Source of the DNA: Myxococcota bacterium
GTDB taxonomy: Bacteria > Myxococcota_A > UBA9160 > SZUA-336
Assembly (NCBI GenBank): GCA_046757685.1
Contig: JBHHYV010000005.1
Location: forward strand, 374-64,373
Length of the DNA: 64,000 nucleotides
Direction: 5' to 3'
Shown here: positions 21,406 through 30,703 of the stretch, piece after piece
Numbering within the stretch: position 1 is the stretch's first letter
How the letters are laid out: each line of letters opens with the position of its first letter
Program-made: the position numbers and the translations under genes
The notes under the pieces: model-generated
Databases searched by the model: none
Seen by the model: only the letters and a program-made list of their open reading frames with translations
What the model was told of the DNA's origin: nothing

Positions 21406-21411
21406 GGTGGC

Positions 21412-23232
21412 CTAGCGCCCCATCCCGAGCCCGACCTCGGCGCGCAGCCGAAACGCCAGGTGTTCGACCAGAGCGGGATCCGAGGCGTGGAAGAGCCGGC
21501 GCTGGCCGTCCGCCTCGGGCGGTCCGGCGATCAGCGCATAGCCCGGAGCCTCACCGAAGCGGACGATCCAGCTGACGCTGGGATCGACACCGGTCGGGGG
21601 CGACAGGGCGTGCAGGTTCGGTCCCGAGGGCAGGGTGTCGCCGTCCACGGCTACGAAGACCTCGGTCGCGGCCTCGACCGCCCCGAGCGCCGCCAGGGGT
21701 GCCAGGAAGCCCGCCCGCTCCGCACCCGGCGAGAGGAAGAGCATCCCCGAGTCGCCGGGTCGGCTGACCAGCTCCGAGATCAGGATCTCCGCCGCGGAGC
21801 AGACCAGCTCCGCAGGAGCCGGCGCGCCGTGCTGGATCAGGCGGTCACAGAGCTCGGGCAGGGGCGCTGCGAGGTCGAGGCCGAGCTTGCGCAGCAAGCT
21901 GTGACGGTCTGCCTCCGCCCGCTGGCGTGCCCCATCGAGCAGCTCCTCGATGCTCGAGCCGTCCACCGGAAAGCTGGCGCTCCCGAGGCACGCGCCGAGG
22001 CCGGCGGTCCGGGTTTGCGCCTCGGAGTGCCGGGTCCCGATCCGGCTCGCGATGCGCCGCTTCAGGATCGTGCCTCCCAGTGGATCGGCCTCGGCCACCA
22101 GGATCCAGAGCTCCTCGCCCTGGCCGCGCGTCAGCAGGTCGGTCGAACGCATGCAGCTGCGCACCGCGTCCTCGAGCGCCACGCGCGAAGAGACCTCGCA
22201 CTCGCTCGCATCCACGCACAGCAGACCCAGGCTGCGGCCGAAGCGCTGCGCCTTGTGCAGCTCGAGCTGGGCGACCGCCTTCAGGAAGGCGAGGTCCGGA
22301 AGAGGCGGCTCGCCCGGGCTCTGGCCGGAAGGCTCGGAGCTGGGAGCCTCCAGCTCGCGGAGCGTGGGCTCCTCGATGCGCACGAGACGTTCGAGGGCCA
22401 GTGCGCCGAGCTCTCCGAGTCGAGCGCAGGTGCGCTCGGCCGTCCGCGGATCGCGCGTGCTGACCGGGTCCGCCGCCGCCATGTGCAGGACGGCCACGGC
22501 GAAGAGCACTCCTCCCCGCACACAGGGTGCGAGCAGCCGCATGCCCTCGTCTCCACGCGGACCCAGTGCCGTCGGCTCCCCGGCCCGCGCCCGGGCCAGC
22601 AACGAGGGCGGGAGCTCCGGGTCGACGCGCGAGGAGCCTTCGGGCAGCACCGCGGCGCGGCGAGGCAGCCCGGTCTCGGGATGGATCAGCCAGATCGCGC
22701 CGTCGCTCGCTCCCGCCTCGATCGTGTAGAGCTCGAGCAGCTTGCGGGCGACCGCATCGGGATCGCCCAGGGTGAACATGGCGGTCGCGCGCTCGTAGAG
22801 CGAGAGCTGACCCATGAACTCGAGGTTCTCGGAGACCAGGCGCGCATGCTCCTCGCGCAGGCGACGCTGGCGGAGGACTCCTTCGATGGCGGCGATCAGG
22901 CCGTCGGAGTCGATGGGCTTGAGCAGGTAGTCGGCGGCCCCGCAGCGCATGGCCGCGACGGCGGAACGAACGTCCCCGACGGCCGTGATGACCACGATCT
23001 CCTGGTCGGGCCAGCGCTCCCGAACGCGCTGGACCACCTCGACCCCGTTCATGTCAGGCATGACCAGGTCGGTCAGCACCACGTCGAAGCGCTCTCGCTC
23101 GAGCGTCGCGAGCGCCTCGGGACCGCTCGCGGCGAGAGTGACGCCGTAGCCCGCCGCGGAGAGCACCTCCTCGAGGTGCGAGCGAAAGTAGAGCTGGTCG
23201 TCGACCGCCAGAATCCGCGCCTCTGGAGTCAT
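21412..23232 (-). CDS. response regulator: REC + degenerate GGDEF-like domain
   Basis: 606 aa; REC domain (ILAVDDQLYFRSHLEE...FDVVLTDLVMPDMNGVEVV); degenerate diguanylate-cyclase-like motif TRGQGEELWILVAEAD in place of GG(D/E)EF. Confidence 0.7.
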   Translation of the reverse strand: MTPEARILAVDDQLYFRSHLEEVLSAAGYGVTLAASGPEALATLERERFDVVLTDLVMPDMNGVEVVQRVRERWPDQEIVVITAVGDVRSAVAAMRCGAADYLLKPIDSDGLIAAIEGVLRQRRLREEHARLVSENLEFMGQLSLYERATAMFTLGDPDAVARKLLELYTIEAGASDGAIWLIHPETGLPRRAAVLPEGSSRVDPELPPSLLARARAGEPTALGPRGDEGMRLLAPCVRGGVLFAVAVLHMAAADPVSTRDPRTAERTCARLGELGALALERLVRIEEPTLRELEAPSSEPSGQSPGEPPLPDLAFLKAVAQLELHKAQRFGRSLGLLCVDASECEVSSRVALEDAVRSCMRSTDLLTRGQGEELWILVAEADPLGGTILKRRIASRIGTRHSEAQTRTAGLGACLGSASFPVDGSSIEELLDGARQRAEADRHSLLRKLGLDLAAPLPELCDRLIQHGAPAPAELVCSAAEILISELVSRPGDSGMLFLSPGAERAGFLAPLAALGAVEAATEVFVAVDGDTLPSGPNLHALSPPTGVDPSVSWIVRFGEAPGYALIAGPPEADGQRRLFHASDPALVEHLAFRLRAEVGLGMGR

Positions 23233-23271
23233 GCCTCTCCTGGGCCGCGGGGGGGGAGGCCCGCTGACAGC

Positions 23272-23760
23272 CTACATCTTGTACTTGCCGAAATCCCCAG
23301 GATCCATCTCCCGGAGCCGGCGCTTCCATCCCTCTTTGTCGGTAGGCGCGGCGATTTCTTGCGCCTCCGGGTCGGCCCGGGCGAGCACCTTCGAATCGAC
23401 ACGAATTGGGGCCTCGAGGCGGACGGCCAGCGCGATGGCGTCGGAGGGCCGCGCGTCGAGGCGTTGCTCGACGCCGGCCGCGTCGCGCAGGACGAGCTCC
23501 GCGTAGTAGGTGTCGTCCCGCAGGTCGACGATCTCGACCGCTTCCAGCTCGGCCGAGAGCGTGCGCACGACGTCGCGCAGCAGATCGTGGGTGAGAGGCC
23601 GGGGAAACCGAGTTCCCTGGAGCTCACGGGCGATCGCGGCGGCCTCGACCATGCCGATCGCGATCGCCAGGTGAGGCCCCTCGTCGGACTCGAGAACGAG
23701 CACCGCCCCCTGGCGCTCGGCATCGACCGTGAGCCCTGCAATCGTCATCGTGAGCCGCAT
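23272..23760 (-). CDS. bifunctional nuclease (DUF151/BFN) family protein
   Basis: 162 aa; LAIAIGMVEAAAIARELQGTRFPRPLTHDLLRDVV...YAELVL, typical DUF151. Confidence 0.7.
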   Translation of the reverse strand: MRLTMTIAGLTVDAERQGAVLVLESDEGPHLAIAIGMVEAAAIARELQGTRFPRPLTHDLLRDVVRTLSAELEAVEIVDLRDDTYYAELVLRDAAGVEQRLDARPSDAIALAVRLEAPIRVDSKVLARADPEAQEIAAPTDKEGWKRRLREMDPGDFGKYKM

Positions 23761-23798
23761 GGCATCCCTACCCTACCGATCCCTACCTTACCGAATGG

Positions 23799-25184
23799 TT
23801 ACCGAATCGGGGCGGCCTCCGTTGGCCGGCTCCGAGCGCGACCGAGCAGGGAGTGGGGCGTCGCACCGGTGATCTCGACCTCGAGGAGCTCCCCCGGCGC
23901 GGCGGCCCCGCACGCGCTGAAGTTCACGATCCGGTTGTAGGGGCAGCGTCCCGAGACCTGCGGGGGGCCGTGGCGGCTCGGACCCTCCACCAGGACGGTC
24001 GCCCGCTCTCCCACCCGGGACCGGTGGGCGGCGAGCGTCAGCTCCGCCTGGAGCTCCTGAAGCTCGCTCAGCCGCTGTGCGGCGACCCGGGCCGGCACCT
24101 CCAGGGCCTTGCGGCGCAGCGCGGCAGTGCCCGGCCGGGGGGAGTACTTGAACGAGAAGCTATCGACGAAGCCCACCCTCCGGCAGAGGCTCAGGGTCTG
24201 CTCGAAATCCGAGTCCGACTCGCCCGGAAAGCCCACGATCCAGTCCGTGGTGATGCAGAGGTCCGGTCGTGCGAGGCGCAGCTGGTCGATCAGGGACAGG
24301 TAGGTCTCCCGGGTGTAGCGGCGATTCATCGCCCGGAGCACCGCCGACGATCCCGACTGGACGGGCAGGTGCAGGTGGGGGCAGAGCTCGGGGATCTCGC
24401 GGTAGGCGCGAATCAGGCTCTCGTCCATGAAGGCGGGATGGGGGCTGGTAAAGCGGACCCGCTCGATCCCGGGCACGCCGGCCACCCGCCGGAGCAGCTC
24501 GCTGAAGCCCACCTCCCCGCTCGTCCGCCCGGGCCTGGGCCGGCCGTAGGCATTCACGGTCTGCCCGAGCAGCGTGACCTCGCGAACCCCGCGTGCGGCC
24601 AGACGCCGCACCTCGTCCTCGATCTCGTGGCTGGGCCTGGATACCTCGCGTCCGCGGGTCCGGGGCACCACGCAGAAGCTGCAGAAGAGGTCGCAGCCCT
24701 CCATCACGGTCACGAAGGCCCTGCCCGGCGAGAGCGGGGGGAACTCGGGATGCCGCTCCGGCAGCTCGAAGCGCGCGGTCGGGTCGTCGCCCCAGTCGAC
24801 CCGCTGGGTCCGGACGCGGCCCCGGGCGGCCCGGATCATCGCGGGCACGTGGCGGAGGTTCTGGGAGCCGAAGACGAAGTCCAGGGCGGGGAAGCGCCGC
24901 AGCAGCTCCGCGCCCTCCTGCTGGGCGACGCAGCCACCGACGCCGATCACCAGGTCGGGGCGTTCCCGCTTGCGCTCACACAGCCCCCCGAGCTCGGAGT
25001 AGAGCTTGTGCTCGGCCCGGTCGCGCACCGAGCAGGTATGGACCAGGTACACGTCCGCGGAGGCAGGGTCCGCCGCCGGGCGGAGCCCCTCGTGCCAGAG
25101 GAGGTTCTCGATCTTCTCTGCGTCGTGCTGGTTCATCTGGCAGCCGAAGACGCGCAGGTGGAAGGAGCCGCTCATCCCGGCCAC
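23799..25184 (-). CDS. miaB: tRNA (N6-isopentenyladenosine-37) methylthiotransferase, MiaB-like radical SAM MTTase
   Basis: 461 aa; UPF0004 N-domain (FHLRVFGCQMNQHDAE), radical SAM CDLFCSFCVVP, C-terminal TRAM domain. Confidence 0.85.
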   Translation of the reverse strand: MAGMSGSFHLRVFGCQMNQHDAEKIENLLWHEGLRPAADPASADVYLVHTCSVRDRAEHKLYSELGGLCERKRERPDLVIGVGGCVAQQEGAELLRRFPALDFVFGSQNLRHVPAMIRAARGRVRTQRVDWGDDPTARFELPERHPEFPPLSPGRAFVTVMEGCDLFCSFCVVPRTRGREVSRPSHEIEDEVRRLAARGVREVTLLGQTVNAYGRPRPGRTSGEVGFSELLRRVAGVPGIERVRFTSPHPAFMDESLIRAYREIPELCPHLHLPVQSGSSAVLRAMNRRYTRETYLSLIDQLRLARPDLCITTDWIVGFPGESDSDFEQTLSLCRRVGFVDSFSFKYSPRPGTAALRRKALEVPARVAAQRLSELQELQAELTLAAHRSRVGERATVLVEGPSRHGPPQVSGRCPYNRIVNFSACGAAAPGELLEVEITGATPHSLLGRARSRPTEAAPIR

Positions 25185-25346
25185 AAGCTAACAGAGGCCC
25201 CGGAGACCGCCTCCCGGCATCGATCTCCAGTGGGTCGAAGATGCCGAAAACGCTTGAAAACGAGGGACTTCGGCCGATAGATCGAAGCGGTCACCCGAGG
25301 GGATCCTCAAGCTTTGCTTGAAGTCCAGGGGCCGCCGGCGCCCGGT

Positions 25347-25374
25347 TTGACATCCGTGCACGAGGGTGCATAAT
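25347..25374 (+). promoter_or_regulatory. near-consensus sigma70-type promoter (TTGACA-N16-CATAAT)
   Basis: ggtTTGACAtccgtgcacgagggtgCATAATgagcc; striking in a ~70% GC background; faces away from both flanking minus-strand genes. Confidence 0.4.
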
Positions 25375-25381
25375 GAGCCTA

Positions 25382-25512
25382 CCAAGTCCTATGGAGAAGG
25401 CGGCGGAGACGGCATTTCTTGTTTGAAATGTCCAACCTCTCACCCCCCACAAGTCGCCGCCGCCCTCTCCGACCCATCTGACGGCCCCCGGTGGACGCAC
25501 CGGGGGCCGTTC
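25382..25512 (+). ncRNA. candidate small RNA (promoter-to-hairpin transcript, ~130 nt)
   Basis: Predicted TSS ~7 nt after the -10; transcript ends at the perfect 11-bp GC hairpin 25483-25508. Contains a locally AT-rich segment (ttcttgtttgaaatgtcc). Only tiny ORFs (11 and 17 codons) without SD. Confidence 0.3.
25483..25508. terminator. perfect 11-bp GC stem-loop (GGCCCCCGGTG-gacg-CACCGGGGGCC), possible bidirectional terminator
   Basis: Seen directly. ~78 nt downstream of the vWA gene stop (minus strand) and at the end of the candidate plus-strand sRNA. No U-tract, as is common in high-GC genomes. Confidence 0.35.
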
Positions 25513-25585
25513 GACGTTCGCGATCCCCGTGCGAGCGGTGCAACGGCTCCGCGGCTCCGCCCTCGGGGCGCCGGGAGACGACCGC

Positions 25586-26995
25586 TCAGAGGATCAGGCG
25601 ATCGACCAGGCGGGTCAGCTGCTTCAGGTTGCGGCACTCCTCGGCGACATCGGTGTAGGGCACGTACTTGTCCATGACGCTGTCGCCGAAGCCCCAGGCC
25701 CCGGGGGACTCGGGGTTGATCCAGATGACGTTCTTGGCCTTCCGGTGGATCTCGCGCAGGCACCAGGTGCGCGGGTCGTTGTAGTTGTTCCGAGCGTCTC
25801 CGATCACGACCACGGTGGTGCGGTTGTCGACCGCGGAGAGGTAGTCCCGCCAGAAGGTATGGAAGGCCATCCCGAAGTTGGAGCGCGTGTACACGTTGAT
25901 CACGTCCCCGCCCTCGAGGGCCTCGTCGATCGCGATCTGGACGTCGTGGTCCCGGAAGAGCTGGGTCACCTCGCCCAGCTCCGCCACGAAGACGAAGCTG
26001 CGGACCTTGGTGAAGCACTCCTGCAGGCTGTAGACGAACTGCAGCATGAACCGGCAGACGTTCGCAACCGAGCTGGAAATGTCACAAATGACGACCAGCT
26101 TCGGGCGTTCCTTCCTTCGATGCTTGAAGATCAGGTCGAAAGGGACGCCGCCGTGCCCCAGGTTCCGGCGCAGGGTCTGCTTGAGGTCGAACTTGCCCCG
26201 GCGCTCCCGCTTGCGCCGTAGGGACACGATGTTCTTGAGCTTCTGCGCGAGCCGGGTCACCAGGTCGCGCATCCTGCGGATGTCCTCCTCCGTCAGGTTG
26301 TAGAAGCTCTTCTCCTTGAGGCTCTCTCGGCGGAAGCGCTCGAGGTAGTCGTGGTTCTGCTTGTCGAGCTCCTGCTCCGCGTAGCGGCGGATCGAGCGCC
26401 GCAGGGCCTCCTGGACCGCCTTCATCAGGTTCTCGAGCTGCTCGATCTCCTCGTCGCCCATCCCCTGCTCGCGCAGCCGCTCCACCAGGCTCTCGAGGTC
26501 GCCGGACGCCTGGTCCAGACCCATCTGCTCGAGCATCCGGCGCGAGAAGAAGCCGATCTGGAGCATGTTCTGGATCCGCTCGATGCCGGCCTCCTCGCCC
26601 GCCTGCCGGATCAGCTGCTCGAGCAGGTTCGAGTCCATCGAGAGCATGGCCTGGGCCAGCTCGGAGAGGTCGACGTCCATGTTCTCGAGCATCTCGCGGA
26701 GGGCCTCGAGCAGCGCGTCGAGGTCGCCTTCGCCGCCCATCCCCGCCACCGCCTGGGCCAGCTGCTCGTTCAGGACATCGTGGAACCCCGACCAGAACAG
26801 GTCGAAGAGCCGGTCGTAGGTGGGGATGTCGTCGCCCCGCTTGACCATCGAGGTGCGCAGCGCGTCCCGGAAGAGCTCGCGGTCCTCGAGAGGCAGCTCG
26901 TCGAGGGACCGGAAGGCGTCGATCGCCTCCGAGACCGAGACCCGGACACCCGACTTTCGGAGCAGATTCGTGAACTCGACGATCTTCTTCTGCAT
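25586..26995 (-). CDS. vWA-domain protein, CoxE-like (MoxR-associated)
   Basis: 469 aa; C-terminal vWA/MIDAS region KLVVICDISSSVANVCRF...VVVIGDARNNYNDP; coiled acidic N-terminal region; directly downstream of a MoxR ATPase. Confidence 0.8.
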   Translation of the reverse strand: MQKKIVEFTNLLRKSGVRVSVSEAIDAFRSLDELPLEDRELFRDALRTSMVKRGDDIPTYDRLFDLFWSGFHDVLNEQLAQAVAGMGGEGDLDALLEALREMLENMDVDLSELAQAMLSMDSNLLEQLIRQAGEEAGIERIQNMLQIGFFSRRMLEQMGLDQASGDLESLVERLREQGMGDEEIEQLENLMKAVQEALRRSIRRYAEQELDKQNHDYLERFRRESLKEKSFYNLTEEDIRRMRDLVTRLAQKLKNIVSLRRKRERRGKFDLKQTLRRNLGHGGVPFDLIFKHRRKERPKLVVICDISSSVANVCRFMLQFVYSLQECFTKVRSFVFVAELGEVTQLFRDHDVQIAIDEALEGGDVINVYTRSNFGMAFHTFWRDYLSAVDNRTTVVVIGDARNNYNDPRTWCLREIHRKAKNVIWINPESPGAWGFGDSVMDKYVPYTDVAEECRNLKQLTRLVDRLIL

Positions 26996-27008
26996 GCGGC
27001 GCCCCGAG

Positions 27009-27998
27009 CTAGTGGAGCACGCTCTTCTTGACGCCCGAGGGGGTCGCCGGCGGCGCGACGACGGGCCGGCGCGCGGCCTCCTCGGCGCTCTTCTTCGCGA
27101 GCAGCTTCGACAGCTCCGCCTGGGCCTTGTGGATGTCGCCCTCGTACTTGAGGATGATGTTCATCGTTCCGGCCACGAGCTCCGCCTCGAGGTGGTCCGC
27201 GTTCAGCGTCATCAGCGCGCGGGCCCAGTCGAGCGTCTCCGAGATCGAGGGACTCTTCTTGAGATCCAGGTCCCGGATCCGCTGCACCAGCTGCACGATC
27301 TCCTCGGCCAGTCGCCCGTCGATGCCCGGCACCTTCGTGTTCAGGATCTGGATCTCGAGCTCCTCGCTGGGGTAGTCGATCCAGAGGTGCAGGCAGCGAC
27401 GCTTGAGGGCGTCGGTCATCTCGCGCGCCTCGTTCGAGGTCAGGAAGACGAGCGGAATGTGACGCGCCTCGACGGTCCCGATCTCGGGCACGCTGACCGT
27501 GAAGTCGGAGAGGATCTCGAGCAGGAAGGCCTCGAACTCGGGGTCCGACTTGTCGACCTCGTCCACCAGCAGCAGGATCGGCTCCGGAGAGGTGATCGCC
27601 TTCATCAGCGGTCGGGGGACGATGAAGCGCTCGCTGAAGAAGACGTCGTCCTGGGCGGCGATCCGCTCGGAGGCCTCCTTCATGCTTCCGGCGCCTAAGA
27701 TCACCTCGCCGATCTTGTCGCGCAGCATCTGGGTGTAAAGCAGCTGCTTGGAGTACTCCCACTCGTAGAGGGCCTTGGACTCGTCCAGTCCCTCGTAACA
27801 CTGGAGCCGGATCAGCGGCCGTCCCAGGGCGCTCGAGACCACCTTGGCGAGCTCCGTCTTGCCGACGCCCGCGGGCCCCTCGACCAGGACCGGCTTCTGC
27901 AGCCGGTTGGCCAGGAACACGACCGTGGCGATCTTCTTGTCACAGACGTAGCCCTCTTCCCCGAGCCGCTTCTCGACGTCCTGTACCGAATCAAACAT
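27009..27998 (-). CDS. MoxR-family AAA+ ATPase (CoxD-like)
   Basis: 329 aa; Walker A VLVEGPAGVGKTELAKV, Walker B ILLVDEVDKSDPE, sensor/arginine-finger regions typical of MoxR. Confidence 0.85.
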   Translation of the reverse strand: MFDSVQDVEKRLGEEGYVCDKKIATVVFLANRLQKPVLVEGPAGVGKTELAKVVSSALGRPLIRLQCYEGLDESKALYEWEYSKQLLYTQMLRDKIGEVILGAGSMKEASERIAAQDDVFFSERFIVPRPLMKAITSPEPILLLVDEVDKSDPEFEAFLLEILSDFTVSVPEIGTVEARHIPLVFLTSNEAREMTDALKRRCLHLWIDYPSEELEIQILNTKVPGIDGRLAEEIVQLVQRIRDLDLKKSPSISETLDWARALMTLNADHLEAELVAGTMNIILKYEGDIHKAQAELSKLLAKKSAEEAARRPVVAPPATPSGVKKSVLH

Positions 27999-28596
27999 GG
28001 TTGCTCCTCACTGCCTGGATTTTGTCTGGGCGTGCATCGAGGTCCTGGCGGGGCACGCGCTCCTCGTTGTGCGCCATGAGGTCGAGGAGCCAGTCTCGCC
28101 ACAGGCGTTGATACCGGATCCCGAACTCCACCACCATCCGGCGGAAGGGATCGACGGTCCCCTCCTCGAGCGTCTCGAGCACGCGCTCGAGGTCGGAGAG
28201 CCGGCGCTCGACCTCGCGGAGACGCTGCTCCCCGAGCATCCCGACCTCGTCCGGCTCGAGCTGCGAGAGGAACGAGCACTTCTGGAGGAACTCGTTGCGG
28301 AGCAGGAAGTCGTAGCGGACGGGCCGGCCCCCCGGATAGGCGCGCCGGAGCCAGTCCCGAAAGGCCCGGCGGCCGGTCGCGGTCGGGCGGTAGAGATGCC
28401 GGGCTGGGCTCGACTTCTGGGGAACGACGGTCTTCTGGATCCAGCCGCGCGACTCCAGGCGCGCGAGCGCGGGGTAGAGCTGGCCGTCATTGAGGCCGAA
28501 GTCCTCGGAGTAGCTTCGGGCGAGCTGCTTCTTGATCGAGTAGCCGTGGGAGGGGGACTCGATCAGGACGCCCAGGATCGTGAACTCGACCGACAC
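27991..28596 (-). CDS. PadR-family transcriptional regulator
   Basis: 201 aa; wHTH with PadR signature ILGVLIESPSHGYSIKKQLARSYSEDFGLNDGQLYPALARLESRGWI. GTG start 1 nt after the ribBA stop. Confidence 0.8.
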   Translation of the reverse strand: MSVEFTILGVLIESPSHGYSIKKQLARSYSEDFGLNDGQLYPALARLESRGWIQKTVVPQKSSPARHLYRPTATGRRAFRDWLRRAYPGGRPVRYDFLLRNEFLQKCSFLSQLEPDEVGMLGEQRLREVERRLSDLERVLETLEEGTVDPFRRMVVEFGIRYQRLWRDWLLDLMAHNEERVPRQDLDARPDKIQAVRSNHV

Positions 28597-28597
28597 G

Positions 28598-29857
28598 TCA
28601 GCTCATCAGGCTCAACAGGTGCCCCAGCTTGTCGCGCTTGGTCCTGAGGTAGTGCAGGTTCTTCTCGTTCGGTCGGACCTCGAGCGGCACCCGCTCGACG
28701 ATGTGGAGGCCGTAGCCCTCGAGGCCCGCGCGCTTGGCCGGGTTGTTGGTGAGCAGCCGGATCTTGCGGACGCCCAGGTTGACGAGGATCTGGGCCCCGA
28801 CGCCGTAGTCGCGAAGATCGGCCTGGAATCCGAGTCGCTCGTTGGCCTGGACCGTGTCGAGCCCCTCCTCGTCCTGCAGGGCGTAGGCTCGGATCTTGTT
28901 CGCGATTCCGATTCCCCGCCCTTCCTGCCGCAGGTAGACCAGTACTCCCGTCCCGGCCTCCTGGATCATCTTGAGGGCGGTCTGCAGCTGGTCTCCGCAG
29001 TCGCAGCGAATCGAGCCGAAGGCGTCGCCGGTGAGGCACTCGCTGTGCATTCGAACCAGCGTGGGCTCATCGGGCTGGACGGTACCGCGGATCAGCGCCA
29101 CGTGATCGATGTGGTCGATCTCGTTCTTGAAGACGATGGTCCGGAAGTCGCCAAACTCGGAGGGCAGGTTCGACTCGGCCGCCCGGTGCACCAGGCTCTC
29201 GGTGTGGAGCCGGTACTTGATCAGGTCGGCGATCGAGAGAATCCGCAGGCCGTGCTTCTGGGCGAAGGCCCGCAGGTCCGGCATCCGCGCCATCGTGCCG
29301 TCCTCGTTCATGATCTCGCAGATCAGGCCGGCGGGCTTGAGACCCGCCAGGCGCGCGAGGTCGACGCTGCCCTCGGTCTGCCCCGAGCGCCGCAGCACGC
29401 CCCCGGGCTTGGCGATCAAGGGGAAGACGTGGCCGGGCCGCACCAGGTCGGTCGGCCGGGTCATGGAGCCGATCGCCACGGAGACCGTCCGGGCCCGGTC
29501 CGCCGCCGAGATGCCGGTCGTGACTCCCTCGCGCGCCTCGATCGAGACCGTGAATGCGGTGCCGAAAGGGGTCTGGTTCTGGGCATCGGGCACCATCATG
29601 GGAAGCTCGAGCTCCCGGGCCCGTTCCGGCGTCAGGGCAAGACAGACCAGCCCACGGCCGTGGGTCGCCATGAAGTTGACCGCCTCGGGAGTGACCTTCT
29701 CCGCCGCCATGCACAGGTCGCCCTCGTTCTCGCGATCCTCGTCGTCGACCAGGATCACCATCCTGCCGGCGCGGATGTCCTCGATGGCGTCGAGCACGGC
29801 GCTCGAGAACGCGTGGATCTCCTCCGCCTGCACCGCCTGCGTCTGCCGACTGCTCAT
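28598..29857 (-). CDS. ribBA: bifunctional 3,4-dihydroxy-2-butanone-4-phosphate synthase / GTP cyclohydrolase II
   Basis: 419 aa; DHBP synthase half ([21 protein letters not shown]) fused to GTP cyclohydrolase II half ([19 protein letters not shown]). Confidence 0.9.
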   Translation of the reverse strand: MSSRQTQAVQAEEIHAFSSAVLDAIEDIRAGRMVILVDDEDRENEGDLCMAAEKVTPEAVNFMATHGRGLVCLALTPERARELELPMMVPDAQNQTPFGTAFTVSIEAREGVTTGISAADRARTVSVAIGSMTRPTDLVRPGHVFPLIAKPGGVLRRSGQTEGSVDLARLAGLKPAGLICEIMNEDGTMARMPDLRAFAQKHGLRILSIADLIKYRLHTESLVHRAAESNLPSEFGDFRTIVFKNEIDHIDHVALIRGTVQPDEPTLVRMHSECLTGDAFGSIRCDCGDQLQTALKMIQEAGTGVLVYLRQEGRGIGIANKIRAYALQDEEGLDTVQANERLGFQADLRDYGVGAQILVNLGVRKIRLLTNNPAKRAGLEGYGLHIVERVPLEVRPNEKNLHYLRTKRDKLGHLLSLMS

Positions 29858-29885
29858 GGGTGGGAACGACTCCAGCCTTCGATGG

Positions 29886-29904
29886 GTACCTAGAGCTTAG
29901 GTAC
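29886..29904. promoter_or_regulatory. perfect inverted repeat GTACCTA-N5-TAGGTAC, third GGTACCT half-site ~12 nt downstream; candidate operator between ribBA operon and the mglA-like gene
   Basis: Seen directly in the 156-nt divergent intergenic region: atgGGTACCTAgagctTAGGTACgccgcgcggacGGTACCTtctg. Confidence 0.3.
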
Positions 29905-30013
29905 GCCGCGCGGACGGTACCTTCTGCCCCGGGGAGCGGTCAAGTCGGCGGGCGCCCGCGGCCGATACCCAGGGTGGACCGAACCCAGGACCCTAGAAGC
30001 CACGGGGCGCAAC

Positions 30014-30691
30014 GTGCCGCAGCTCAATCTCGAGACCCGCGAGATTACACTCAAGATCGTCTACTACGGGCCGGCCCTCTCCGGCAAGACGACGAACCTG
30101 CAGCAGCTCCACTCGCTGCTCGGCCGGCAGGTCCGCGGCAAGATGGTCACTCTCGATACCCAGGACGACCGGACGCTCTACTTCGACTTCCTGCCGGTCG
30201 AGTTCGGGTCCGGGGACTACCGGATCCGCCTCAAGCTCTTCACGGTCCCCGGCCAGGTCATGCACCGCTCGACCCGGCGGGTGGTGCTCGCGGGTGCGGA
30301 CGCAGTCGTCTTCGTCTGCGACTCCCAGCGCAGCGCCGCCTCCGCCAACGCCTACTCCTACCGGGACCTCGGCACCAATCTCAAGGCGAACGGGCTCGAT
30401 CTCGAGACGCTCCCGCGAGTGATCCAGTTCAACAAGCGGGACGTTCCCGACGTGAAGCCGCTGGCGGAGATCCGCGAGGCGTGGAAGGACAGCGACGTCC
30501 CCGTGGTGCCAGCGGTCGCGGTCTCGGGCGAGGGAGTGATCGAGACCTTCCGCCTGCTGCTCGAGCGTCTCTACGCCGATCTGGATCGGCGGCATGGCTT
30601 CGGCCGTCAGTTCGGCCTCTCTGCGGAGGCCTTCCTGGAAGGGGTGCTCGGGGACCTGCCGCCGAAGCCCGAGGAGCCGCCGCTCGCCTGA
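30014..30691 (+). CDS. MglA-family Ras-like small GTPase (orphan, no adjacent MglB)
   Basis: 225 aa; aligns along its length with Myxococcus MglA. P-loop YYGPALSGKTTNL (MglA YYGPGLCGKTTNL); switch I TQDDRTLYFDFLP with Arg/Thr; switch II FTVPGQV with catalytic Gln; NKRD guanine-specificity motif. Confidence 0.8.
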   Translation: MPQLNLETREITLKIVYYGPALSGKTTNLQQLHSLLGRQVRGKMVTLDTQDDRTLYFDFLPVEFGSGDYRIRLKLFTVPGQVMHRSTRRVVLAGADAVVFVCDSQRSAASANAYSYRDLGTNLKANGLDLETLPRVIQFNKRDVPDVKPLAEIREAWKDSDVPVVPAVAVSGEGVIETFRLLLERLYADLDRRHGFGRQFGLSAEAFLEGVLGDLPPKPEEPPLA

Positions 30692-30703
30692 AGCGGGCGA
30701 AGC

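Noticed and set aside
25483-25508. Strong intrinsic terminator call for the GC hairpin
   Set aside because: No flanking U/T tract on either strand; kept only as a low-confidence hairpin/terminator feature.
25366-25677. Track ORF 25366..25677 (+) 103 aa inside the candidate sRNA region
   Set aside because: Starts inside the -10 hexamer, has no SD, and is Pro/Arg/Gly-rich low complexity; treated as non-coding.
29858-30013. Possible FMN (RFN) riboswitch upstream of ribBA
   Set aside because: The 156-nt leader (minus strand) lacks recognisable RFN conserved blocks; instead it carries a DNA palindrome. Only a covariance-model search could fully exclude it.
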